From Macrostomum lignano (lineage: Eukaryota), in contig NIVC01002164.1 of NCBI GenBank assembly GCA_002269645.1, positions 124,001 to 188,000 on the forward strand: 64,000 bases of DNA, written 5' to 3'. Made by a program: the position numbers and the translations under genes. Numbering within the stretch: position 1 is the first letter of the stretch; each line of letters opens with the position of its first letter. The notes beneath the pieces are model-generated. The model was not told the origin of the DNA, made no database searches, and worked only from the letters and a program-made list of their open reading frames with translations. Below, piece after piece: positions 1-12,200 of the stretch.

Positions 1-130
1 TTTCGAAAATACAAGTATACAGTAGACGCGAGTCCTTGTCTCAAAGTCCCTTCAGAGTTTCGAGACGAGTGTTGAGCGCAGAGTTAGCGATTACTCGTAT
101 TTTATATTTCTATGCCTTGCCTTGTACGAG

Positions 131-565
131 TTTTTTAGCTGCATAGTCTTGCCCCAACTGCAGCTGCCGACTGAGGTTTGGAGCTATAGTAAGTGAGAAA
201 TATAATTTATTCCTGTGCAAGTCTCCAACCCCAATTCTGAATAGATATTCTTTTTTCAAAAAAGAGCTGCCATACACAGCAGCGGAACGCAGGACTTTTG
301 AGAACTCTTTTTTATTATACCTTGGCGTGTGAAGCGAGAAGGCAATTCTGAGAACACTCCTTCAATAGGAGTGTCGGATAGCCATGCAAGCTCAAAGGGC
401 AGGGAGAGGTGTGCCGTCTGTGTGCGAGAGCACCGAACAAGACCTCTCAAGTTCGATCGAGGTGGCGCGACTGCAACTGCGCGCTGGAGGATAGGTTTGT
501 CAAATGTAATAAATTATGCAAGACTGCGGGCTCACAGTCGCGACTGTGAGTACGCCTGGTGCTTT
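131..565 (+). mobile_element. Candidate Helentron-associated (HINE-like) non-autonomous element
   Basis: Starts with a T-run then AGCTGCATAGTCTTGC. The 8-bp subterminal inverted pair AGTCTTGC (145-152) / GCAAGACT (518-525) is followed by a perfect 20-bp palindrome CTCACAGTCGCGACTGTGAG (531-550), then CTGG and a short T-run. This layout matches Helentron/HINE ends; there is no coding region. Confidence 0.4.
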
Positions 566-1330
566 GTACTCTTAGGCGGTTATGTACGAGTATTTGCAGT
601 TTCGGATCATACGGTCCCAACGAGCGAAAATTACGAGAATTTGATTTCACCGGAAGACCAACTGTATTCAAATTTTCAAGTCATAATTCATATTTAATTT
701 AAAAAAACTACTCGCATACACTAATCTGTCTACTAGCAGCAAGTAGCCATGCTGACATCTTGCTTACATTTGACTTTTTTAAGAATAAGACTGTTTTAAA
801 GTATGATAAGTAAATCAGTCAGTCAACGAGCTTAAATTAATGAAGTACAGTTTAGTAAAGGTAGAGCTGGGCAGTGATTGAAACAATGTTGATGTCAGCA
901 AACGCTATATTTTATAAATAAGAAAAAACGAGTCAATAAAAGGTGGAGAAGCGCAGTGAACTATGTTGAACAGAAATCCGCTCAGTAAATAAAAATCAAT
1001 TCAATATTTCCTAGCACGGAGTAGCTATGCATATCGGGTACTTATTGCTGGAGCAGTTGGTATCAGCCTACATTTTTGGTCATTCCAAATATATAAAAAC
1101 TTAACACGGTATAAACAAATAGAAAACACATACTTAACGATTTGAGTCCAGGTTAATAACAGAAGCGGTTAAAATGAAGATTGACGCTAAATAAGACGCA
1201 TAGGAGATCAGCAGGGCAGTAAGCAATACGTGTTGCCTGTTACCTCGTAAATGGCTTTAGATTGTAAAATATCATCATAAATGGTAAAAACCGCTCATTA
1301 AATACTCGCAGATGATGCCATTTCCTGTCA

Positions 1331-4300
1331 TCAATCGTCTTCGGCCTTCGATTCGCTCTTTTTATCGTCCGTCTCCTCATCCGAATCTGTTGACTTCTTG
1401 GTCTTTGTTTCTGGCTCTTCTTCCTTCTCCTCAGACTCTTTGTCCTTCTCCTCAGACTCTTTGTCCTTCTCCTCAGACTCTTTGTCCTTCTCCTCAGACT
1501 CTTTGTCCTTCTCCTCAGACTCTTTGTCCTTCTCCTCAGACTCTTTGTCCTTCTCCTCAGACTCTTTGTCCTTCTCCTCAGACTCTTTGTCCTTCTCCTC
1601 AGATTTTTTGTCCTTCTCCTCGGACTCTTTGTCCTTCTTCTCAGACTCTTTGTCCTTCTCCTCGGACTCTTTGTCTTTCTCATCAGACTCTCTGTCTTTC
1701 ATGTCGGTGTCTTTGACCTTATCAGAATTCTTATCCTCAGCTTCCGCTTCTTTATCCTTCTCCTCCTCTTCATCATTTTCTTCGGACTCTTTGTCCTTCT
1801 TATCCGACTCTTTGTTTTTCTCACCAGTCTTTGAACCCTCGTCGCCATCCTCCTTCTCTTCCTTCTCCTTGTCTCCGCCTTTGTCCACCTCTTTTTTATC
1901 GTCCCTCTGTTCTTGGTCTTCGATTTTCTCGCTCTAAAAAAGAAGGAAAAATCAGGCCTGAGATGAGGCAAGGAACCAGGGAGAGAACGGCACTACAATC
2001 CGGAACCGCTGCTGTGGAATGCTTGAGCAAAAAAACGAAAGCTCATATTCAAACTACAGAGAGAATTACCTTCAACAAGGAACGCACGGCACAGCACATG
2101 CTTAGGCGTGACCAGTCCAATGCAATCCAAGTTAATAACTGTTGCGACTCTCGCGGCTCATGCATCCGGGGTTGGCAGGTCAGACAGCAGAGCAAAGTCC
2201 GGTGGCACTTCAACTATCGCATGCCCCCCCCCCCCACCCCCTGATTCGTGCAGTCCGAAATTTCGCGCAAAACATTTAATCAAAGGAATGCGAAACAAGA
2301 AAGGCAAATTTTACAAGGAAAGCAAAACATGTAAAAATCTTTAGCGTAACAGAAGCAGATTGTTAGTAAAATTAGCACAGGTAAAAAAACGGTGTGTGTG
2401 TGTGTGTGTGTGTGTTACTAGCGCAATAAAATAACCTGAAGAATCAAGCAAAAAGAAATCTACACTCTATGACACAAGACTGGGCAGAACAGTCAAACAG
2501 AAGCAGACAGGCCAGGGCCAACTCTTCCGTCAATCCTGAGGCACCTTTTCCGTGTCGTTTTCGTCGCTTCCTCCTTTTTCCAGTGGCTCGATTTTCTTCT
2601 AAAATTGGTGCGAGAAGGGGGCAGTAAAGTATGGGCTGGTGCATGTCTGGTAACACTTCTGATTTAATACCTTACCTCGATGCCGATATGTATCGAAAAT
2701 TATGTAAAAGCAAAATTGACGCGTAACAACACACAAGAGAACCCAAGCACCAATATGTATCAAAGGTTATGTAAATGGGATGCGTAACACACAAGATAAC
2801 CCAGTCCTGATATGTATCGAAAATATGTAAATGGGATGCGTAACACACAAGAGAACCCAAGTCCTGATATGTATCGAAAATATGTAAATGGGATGCGTAA
2901 CACACAAGATAACCCAAGTCCTGATATGTATCGAAAATATGTAAATGGGATGCGTAACACACAAGATAACCCAGTCCTGATATGTATCGAAAATATGTAA
3001 ATGGGATGCGTAACACACAAGATAACCCAAGTCCCGATATGTATCGAAAATATGTAAATGGGATGCGTAACACACAAGAGAACCTGAAGTGAAACGAAGG
3101 CGCCGTTAGCAAGAGGATGGGAGAAATCAGCCGACACGCGCGTGATGCGTGAACAAGCATCCAACCTTGGCAGCAACTCCCCAGATGCACAAGATCTGCA
3201 TGCCTAAAAATAGTCCTGATGATCGGCGAGCAAGAAGCCCAGCCATGCGACCCTCGCGTGATGCATGCACAACCTCTGACCGACACTGCCTATTGGGCCT
3301 CGAAATCCCACTCTCTCTCCCTACTGCTCCTATTCCTCGTTGCTCGCGTACAGTGTGCTAGCTTATAAAATATACTGATTGAAGAGGAAAGATCCTCGCC
3401 TGAAGTTTGAGAATGTGACTCTAGAGATGACACAGAGAAAGTCCATTGTTCGTTGTCTTCCTGAACTGTTGGCAGAAGGAAACGATAATATGGGAAAAAC
3501 CCATATAATTTTTCGTTTCAAACCCAAGTCCCGATATGTATCGAAAATATGTAAATGAGATGCGTAAAACACAAGATAACTCAAGTCCCGATATGTATCG
3601 AAAATATTTAAATGAGATGTGTAAAACACAAGATAACTCAAGTCCCGATATGTATCCAAAAAGCAGCTATTACTGATAGCAGATGTTTACCTCTTTCGCA
3701 CCGGGCACCTGCAGGAACACCTCAATATTGTCGTCCTCTACAGCGTCGTAGAAATCTTGCCCATCCTGCCAATGCCATTGAATGCAACTTTATTATTGCT
3801 GTCCAACAATTACCTTTTTTCAAGATTACCTTGATTTCTGCAGCTTCACCTCTACCCATTACTAATTACCTCACAGGCGCAACCTCTTCTCTATCACTTC
3901 CTCTCATCCCATCCAGCAGGATCTCATCCCATCACCATCTCACCCCATACATCACCATCTCACCCCATACATCCCTCTCACATCCACACATCACTCTTAC
4001 TCTCATCCACCATTATCTCACCCCAAAGATCGTTATCACACTTCCATACATGACTGTTTCACCCCTGAATGACTTTCTCACCCCTGCATGACTGTCTCAC
4101 CCCTGCATGACTGTCTCACCCCTGCATGACTGTCTCACCCCTGTATGACTGTCTCACCCTTGCATGACTGACTCTGCCCTGCATGAATGTCTCACCCCTG
4201 CATGACTGTCTCACCCCTGCATGACTATCTTACCCCTGAATGACTGTCTCTCCCAAACTCACGCCAATATAATTGTTATCCCGCAGCAAGTGTGGAGGCA

Positions 4301-7300
4301 CCACAGATTTCGAGTGTGTCTTGGCAGCTTCCTGCATCTCAGCCTTGGCCTCGGCATTCTTTGGATCGGATATGTCAATCTCCTCATAAGCCAAGCCCAG
4401 GCCATCTAGGATTCGCTTAATATATGCCTGCTGCTCCTTGATCTGGGCATTGAATGTAAAAATAGGCAATTAATATAGATCAGTTCTACATAGCAAAAGT
4501 AAATAGATTCCCAAGATTCCCAAAAGCAGTTTTGTAAGTTAAACAGATGCAATGACAACATTGATAAATAGAATAGTCTATTTACTACTATAGTAATTCT
4601 ACTATAGAATTAAATTTGTTTTACTTCTTGTTCCTTGTCTAATATTCGAAAAACAAATTTGCCTAAGGCAAATGTGTGGCTGCTTTAACTTTTAGCACAG
4701 AAAAGAAACTTATATAGCCTAAGGTCTAGAGCCTTTGTATATAAAAACAATAAATAATAGTTTTCCAAACTGTTGTAAAACTTATATATATAAGTTATCA
4801 GTTATGCTTAAAATTTTAAACTATTTTGCTTATTTATTATTTTGTAAATATCTAGCTCTAACTTTATATTATTTGAAAATTTTTGTAATGAGTATTATAA
4901 CAGAAAAAAATTTCAAAATATTAAATTGATTTTTTCATATATGTTATAAATATTAAGTCTTATAAGTTATAAGCACTTCAATGACTGTATTTCATTTATA
5001 TTTTTATATTAATTTTATAGTTTTTAGTATATAAATACAAATATACTTTGAGTTCAATTTGGAAACTTAAAACAAATTGTTTTAGCCACTTTTGAACTTA
5101 AAAAAATTATTAAACATCTAGAAATTAAAGATAAGATTTTTTAGATTCAAAATAGGCTAAAATTTTAATTCTTATAAAATAAATAGATATTGATATTAAT
5201 GAAAATGTTATAATAGGCTATAATTATAAATTAAATACATTTATAAATACATGCACATTTAAAAACAATAAAAAATTGCATTACACATAATGCTGAAGAA
5301 GTTAAGAACAAAATCATCTGATGCTATTTTTGTATAATGTCAATAAACTAAATTACCAAGTAATAGTTAAGCAATTTCTAATTTAAACAAGACCAAATAT
5401 AGTATATAATGCATGTTATAATTTAATCATTTAGAATTATACCTAGATGCTTGTACTGACTAGATAATGTTGTTCACAACTTTTAGGTTTATTTTTACAA
5501 CTAGATAAATTGCAAATAGCACAGTATGCTTACTTGGTCCGTTCTCAAAGTTTAGTCGTAAGCAGTGAAACAAATATTTTTGAAAATCAGCCTGAAATAT
5601 TGAATCTTTTCTTATTTTAGCTCTAAAAGGACTTAAAAAATATATGCCTCTCATGGGTCTTAATCTATTTTAACATTGAACTTTTGATGTTAATCTCATC
5701 AGAGTGCGCTATTTCATTTTTCGATGTATATTTTTATTATCGCACGAGCTATAATACCCACTTTAGAGAAGCTACATTCTGTTCACGTGGTCTTATTAAA
5801 GAAGAAAATTGATAAATGTTATTTATAACTTTGGTTAGCACAACCTAGAACCCATTTAACTCTTTCGATTGCAAAGCAGATGTTGCTATTTCGATTTTTG
5901 CTAGAAACGTAACATTATGAATGATTAAAAAATCCACTTTTAATTAATTTGTTCTGTTAATAGAATAAGCTAATAGCTGCGTTTTCTGCTGTTTTTTTAA
6001 GAAAGATAGTCATATCTAACACTAAAGTATCAATTAAGGCAGTTTCATTCTATATTAAAAAGAAAAGTTAAATAAATTCAATTTTAAGTTTTTTTCAATA
6101 GCACAAAATTAACCTAACAAAGAGAGATTTCGCTGACAACAACAAAGCAAGTAGCACCAAAGTTATTTTAATTTAAAGTCCTCATCTGTGGGATGAGAAA
6201 AAGTACCACTTTTTTGTCTCTAGTTATGAAAAAAAATTTTCTCAGCACATTGTTAGGTTTTTTGGATGTTTTTTTATGTACGCTCGTATTTAGATGAATT
6301 TTTGCTATTGATCACCCAATATGTTAGTCAGAACAAACAGAATTTGATTTATGTAGATAAAATTGACTATTTTTCTCTTAAAAACAGTCGTTTTTTGTTG
6401 TTTTCACACAATTTTTTTAACTGATTTAAAATTTGTATTGTAAGTTACAAGTAAACATAATGAGTCAAAACAAGAGGTAGTAGAAACTGAAAAGAAAATA
6501 AGAGTAACGAATAATAAAAAAAGTTGCATGATTTGATTAGTCAAGAAATAGTATTAAAACAATTTTGCATCTGATTTATAATCAATGAAATTAGCTGTCT
6601 GAAGCACAAAAATTAATTTCTTTGAAACATTAAATTCATTCTCATATGTTCTGCAATTCATTAAAGATATACATGTAGCAACTTAAACATTCAGTTGATA
6701 CTTTTCACCTTTGGATGCATATAGCTACTAACAAGAAAAAAGACAAAAGAAAAAACTTAATTGCCATTGATGCTGGCAATGTAATATTAAATATGGTACA
6801 GAAAGATGGAATCTCTACAGAGTGCTGCCACACGAATTTTTGAAGTGTTTAACAGATAAGTCATGGCAGTACCATAACTGACATACTATATTTTATATTA
6901 CTCCTCGATTGACAATTACGCTTTAGATATGTTTTAGATGATGATTTTCCATTGGGACTAACTCTATATACCGAGGCCAGACACAGTTAAGTGCGGCTGA
7001 CAGCACTGAAGCGGCGGTTAACAGAGAATGCGATGAGCTGTGGCCTGTGGAGACAGCCAGCTGATATACGAGCATCAGTAGAAGGGAAAGACATCCAATA
7101 GTGTCTTGCTATTGGTTTGTTACATGTACAGCGAACATCTACTTTTATTCTAATGTGATCGATTTAATTCTACTGACCCAATTGGCTAAAGCACTGTAAA
7201 CTGCACACCTCTCGGACGGATATGTAATGCTATTTGCTGCACTTTTACCTGTTTCTCTGCCAGAACACCAGCATCATTGTATGTGCCACAATCTAAGATG

Positions 7301-8275
7301 TGCAGTGGTCCTTTGGATGTGGTTAGTTCTGCAGGCATCGACGTAATTTATCAAATGAGACGAATTGTATACCGAGCATGACAGCTAGTGCAGGGCCAGA
7401 ATCGATTGCAGAGGTTCGCCAGAGCAATTGCAGTGATCCATGTGGCTGCCGAGTCAGACGTCTGTAATAGGCTAATTAACTTACCAAGACCAAAGTATTT
7501 AATTTAAATTTATAAGCTGTTCTTTTAGTAGTTATGCAGCCTAATTACATAAGAAAATAGTATAGTAAAATAGTAAAATAGTATTAAAGCTATGTTGCAG
7601 AATATAAATGCTTGCTGAATTATTTTTTAAAAAAACGCAAGTCTGTTCGAAAAAAGATACATGCATTTTAGGTTTTAAAAGAAATGGCTTCCTAGCTCGT
7701 TTACTATATATATTCTAATTCAAAAAAACTTTTAATGCTTTAAAAGACATATTTTGCAAGCCTAATTTTTAGCTAAACCAGTTTTGTATATTTTAAGCTT
7801 CATATTTCGGTGTTTAAGTACAATAATTAAGTTCTTGAGTGGTACAATATCAATTATTTCGGGTGTTTCTTGTTACGCGATAATTTTAAATACAAGCAAT
7901 TTATACGAAAAAAACAAAATGTTGATTTAAAAATAACATTTTCTATTGAAATAATACTTATTAAATAGTAAACATAGAATAAAAGATGTATCTAATTCAT
8001 AAAAAAATAAAAGAAAACTTGCATTATTTCACAATTTTTGGTCGTTTTATTTTCCGTTGCGAAAAATAACAAATTGCTAGATTTCGTCTTAAATATTTGG
8101 TTTCTTGTGGTTTTAACGGCAGTTTTTTAATTAAATTGACGAAAGAATCGTTTTTGCAAAATAATTACTTTATTCAAAAACTTTTTTTTCTGTACCAAAA
8201 CATCATGACCTTAATTTGAGAACTACCCACTTTCATACTTCCAGAAGTGGAAGAAACAAAAATACGCAGCGACAT
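1331..8275 (-). CDS. SH3BGR: SH3BGR-family (thioredoxin-like fold) protein with E/K/D-rich C-terminal tail, ~318 aa
   Basis: Exons 8275-8231 (MSLRIFVSSTSGSMK), 4442-4263 (IKEQQAYIKRILDGLGLAYEEIDISDP...VVPPHLLRDNNYIG), 3765-3691 (DGQDFYDAVEDDNIEVFLQ), 2598-2545 (tentative, weak donor GTGCCT) and 1933-1331 (acidic tail). All introns are phase 0, GT-AG. Motifs align with SH3BGR KVYIASSSGS / IKKKQQ / PPQIF..YxGDYDAF. Confidence 0.85.
1425..1700 (-). repeat. Coding 21-bp tandem repeat (~13 units, KDKESEE)
   Basis: Near-perfect TCCTCAGACTCTTTGTCCTTC repeats on + strand inside the last SH3BGR exon. Confidence 0.95.
2392..2415. repeat. (GT)n microsatellite
   Basis: Directly visible. Confidence 0.95.
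2678..3083. repeat. 56-57-bp intronic minisatellite (second block at 3524-3657)
   Basis: Unit GATATGTATCGAAAATATGTAAATGGGATGCGTAACACACAAGATAACCCAAGTCCT, about 7 copies, plus about 2.5 copies at 3524-3657. Confidence 0.95.
4046..4250. repeat. 19-bp intronic minisatellite
   Basis: CCCCTGCATGACTGTCTCA, about 10 copies, in the SH3BGR intron. Confidence 0.9.
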
Positions 8276-9235
8276 GTTATGAATGTTGGTTGAACTTTTA
8301 TCAGAAGGCAACAAAAAGGCTGGCCAATATTTTCTGGAAGAAAAAAGCTCTTAGTTTTGTCTTTTTTAAATCTGAAGTCTTCGAGCTATAACCTTGCACT
8401 TACAATTATTTTCTTTCTTGTAAAGTTATCATTTATGGAGTTATCGATTTTCCATGAAACCATTAATCCGTTAATACTGCGACACTCAAAATAATTCAAA
8501 TTCAAAATACAAAAACCTGAAAACCATCAATATGTACAGCATGCACTAAAATTTTAACTTCAAAACATATTTAGGCTTCTGTAATGTATTTTAGCCGGAT
8601 ACGCCATCATTAGGAAGATTGTAACATCTGTACCCAAAACGACTCATCTAGATTAACAAAGATCTCATTGCTCTTGTTACTATGCCTTCTTTTACTTCTG
8701 TATAACTTGACATAATGGTTTAAAAAGTTTCTATTTTTAGGTGAGGCGTTACAGCTTCATACTACGACAGGCTAAAAATATAGGCAGCAGTTTTCCAGAT
8801 TGGTAGTGCTTTCATAATTGTGCTCATTACTATTACAAAAATATTAAATGCCCTGTCAATTTAGTAGATAGTCAAAAGTACACCTAAAAATATTCGCAAA
8901 CAGCTATCCTTATGACTGATGCTATGAAGGTTATAAAAATGGTATTGGTTTTAGTAGCGCTTATCACTTATATTGTGATTGAATTCACTATCGTCTAATA
9001 GGTCTAATGGTCTAAATACCTTTCACTTCTACATCATCAAATTGCACCTTGACTAATGATTTTAATCTGTGCTTGCCCTTTGGCTTTGGTTTGACTAAGA
9101 TAAGATAGAAATAATTCATATGATATTCTAATCTAATCTAATAATCTAGTTCTATCTAATTAACTATTTATATTTTCATACTTCTTACAACTTAGACAAG
9201 TTAGGCCTTGGCTTAGGCATAGAATTTGAATTAAA
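8276..9235. promoter_or_regulatory. Probable bidirectional promoter region of SH3BGR and GAK
   Basis: Start codons diverge 960 bp apart (8275 on -, 9236 on +). CpG is visibly more frequent around 7850-8500 than in the flanking introns. TSS positions were not determined. Confidence 0.5.
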
Positions 9236-12200
9236 ATGGCTTCTTTATTAAATTCTGCAATGCGATATTTTAATACTACTGGAGGTGCTGACAGATGTGA
9301 TGAGTTTGTGAACCAGTGTATTGAAGTTGGTCAGCAATCATTTCGAATCAAAAGATTCATTGCTAAAGGTAAATATTTTTTTCTCATTAATATTATATAT
9401 AACCATAAATATATTACCAATTATAATACACAGATATGTTGGTTGCTTAAAGCCCAATATACTAAAACATGCTATTGTATATTATGCTATATTGCAAAAT
9501 AGACTAAGTAATAAAAAAGCAATTAAGTTTAATAAGTCAATTATAAAGCTTGTATATGCTCATAATATAATAAAACTCTTGCATTTATAGTTCAAAATAA
9601 CTAATATAATTTGACAAATGATTGACTTCCACTTAGCCTAGGCATTCTAAGGCATACTAAGGTAGATCAAAACCTTTAGCCAATCAAATTGCAAGAACTC
9701 AAAATGATATAAAGGTTGTATTTATAACCAACAATGCCAATTTTTTTGTTTATAAATAGTATTCTCATTTTTTTACTATAAGAATAGAAAACATTAAAAT
9801 CCTTGTTATATTTAAATATCATTAGCAAAAAGTAGTAATATTTGTTTTCAAAAGATTCAAAGCTTTTAAAAACTAAAAGCTTTAAAAGAATGATGCATTA
9901 TTAATAAAGAACTCTTTATTTTTTTAGTTAATATGATAATGTTTTAACACTAATTTTTATAATACAATATTATTCCTCATAATATTTATTAAAAAATTGA
10001 CGTTTTTTAGTAAAAAAATTTCAGATATTTTTTCTATGTTTTCTTTTGAAATATTGCTACTATTAGGTCTATTATGTTGTATATAAATAAAATGATACAT
10101 ATTTATAAGCCAATTTGTATTTTGATTTTAAGAAATGCATAAATAGTTTTTATCATTGAACTTAAATTACTTTCAATTAGTACACTAACTAGATAATAGG
10201 CATCTTCTGGGTATCTGAAGAAAGTAAGTTTTTTATTTATCCACAGTGTCTAATTCTTATATTATCTTTGTTTATCTTTATTTATACTAAATATAAACTT
10301 CAACCCTTGGCAATCTTAAATATTCCAATTATCCAGGTGGATTTGCATTTGTCTTTGAAGCCACTGAGACAAAAACAGGTCGAGATTATGCAATCAAGGT
10401 GAGCTCACTAACTCCATCTTTGTTCACCTGAGCGCACCTGTTTAAACTCTTTTATTTTTTTCCACAGCGCCTTCTGGCCAACGAGAAGTCCAAGTGCAAG
10501 GCCATCCTGCAGGAGATCGCCCTGCTGAAACGCCTGTCTGGCCATCCAAACATTGTGGACTTTGTAGCTGCTGCCACCTCAGAGAAGGAGGGCATGACGG
10601 AGTACCTGGTGGTGACAGAATTCTGCCCTGGTGATCTGGTCAAGATTCTGGAGGCCAGGTGGCCCATGAAGCCCCTGTTTCCCGACCAGGTCACCCTGAT
10701 ATTCTATCAGGCGTGCGCTGCTGTGGAATACCTGCACACCAGGAGTCCGCCTGTGGTGCACAGGTGAGCACTGGGGCGGATGACAGGGCACTGAAGGGTG
10801 GGGGAGTGACAGGGCACTGAAGAGTGAGTGAGTGGCAGGGCACTGAAGGGTGAGTGAGTGGCAGGGCACTGAAGGGTGGGGGAGTGGCAGGGCACTGAAG
10901 GGTGGTCGAGTGGCGGGGCCTCATCAGCTGCGAAGACTTGTATTAGGCAGTTCACAGCCACCACCCCGTCCCGCACTGGCAGAGATCTGAAGCTGCAGAA
11001 CCTGCTCGTGTCCGCTCAGCACACCATCAAGCTGTGCGACTTTGGCAGCTGCACCACCAAGCTGCACTACCCGGACACATCCTGGTCGGCTGGGCAGCGG
11101 GCCACGGTGCAGGACGAGGTGACGGAGAACACCACTCCGCAGTACAGGGCCCCGGAGGCCTTGGACCTGTACCAGAACCTGCCACTGGATGCCGGCATGG
11201 ACAAGTGGGCGCTCGGCTGCCTGCTGTACGTCCTCTGCTACCAGCAGCACCCGTTCGAAGACGGCGCCAGGCTGGCTATTCTGAACGCAGCCTACCGGAT
11301 GCCGCAGGACGACACCACCTATGCGCACCTGCAGCCTGTCATCCGTGACCTGCTGGTGGTCAATCCTCTGCAGCGCCCGGATCTGTCCCAGCTGCTGAGC
11401 CACCTGGAGACGCTGGTGTCGCCTGGCATCGATCCCAAAGGGCCTGTGCAGGGCCTGCTGCCTGGGAACCCCGCGCCCAGGGTTGCCCAGCAGCCGCCGC
11501 CGCCGCCACAGCAGCAGCAGCAGCAGCAGCCACCGGCGCGACCGCCACCTCCACCGCGGCCTGCCGCCCCGCCTGGCCAAGCAGGTAATCACTTGCCTAA
11601 CTTGCCCTGCATCGGAATCTTTGGCTCATATTCCATATCCTGATGCTGAGCTAAGTCACCTAGATCGTACAGCATCAGCCCAGATCCTCTGTAAGCTTCC
11701 TAACCTCAGACTCTTCACCATCTTTTCATACTCTGAGCCATACTCATACTCTGCCCCTAACCTAAATCCTCAGGCTCCCAGTAAATCATCCTAACCTAAA
11801 TCCCCAGGCTCCCAATAAATCCTCACCCTAACCTAAATCCTAACCCTTACCTAAATCCTCAGGCTCCCAGTAAATCCTCACCCTAACCTAAATCCTCAGG
11901 CTCCCAGTAAATCCTCACCCTAACCTAAATCCTCAGGCTCCCAGTAAATCCTCACCCTAACCTAAATCCTCACCCTAACCTAAATCCTCACCCTAACCTA
12001 AATCCTCACCCTAACCTAAATCCTCACCCTACCCTAAATCCTCAGGCTCCCAATAAATCCTCACCCTAACCTAAATCCTCACCCTAACCTAAATCCCCAG
12101 GCTCCCAGTAAATCAGCACCCAACCTGTCCCCGCAGGCCACGCGTCGGCCAGCGATGCCGCAGGCGCCGGTGCTGCCGCGGCCGGCCCAGGCGGTTCGGT

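Noticed and set aside
5528-5590. Minus-strand segment with good acceptor and donor (TTTCAG...GTAAGC) in SH3BGR intron 1
   Set aside because: Its length and phase do not fit the phase-0 junctions and it has no family similarity; it would need RNA evidence.
6755-6790. YIASINGN-like peptide resembling the SH3BGR N-terminus
   Set aside because: It is flanked by stops and has no donor; the true first exon is 8275-8231.
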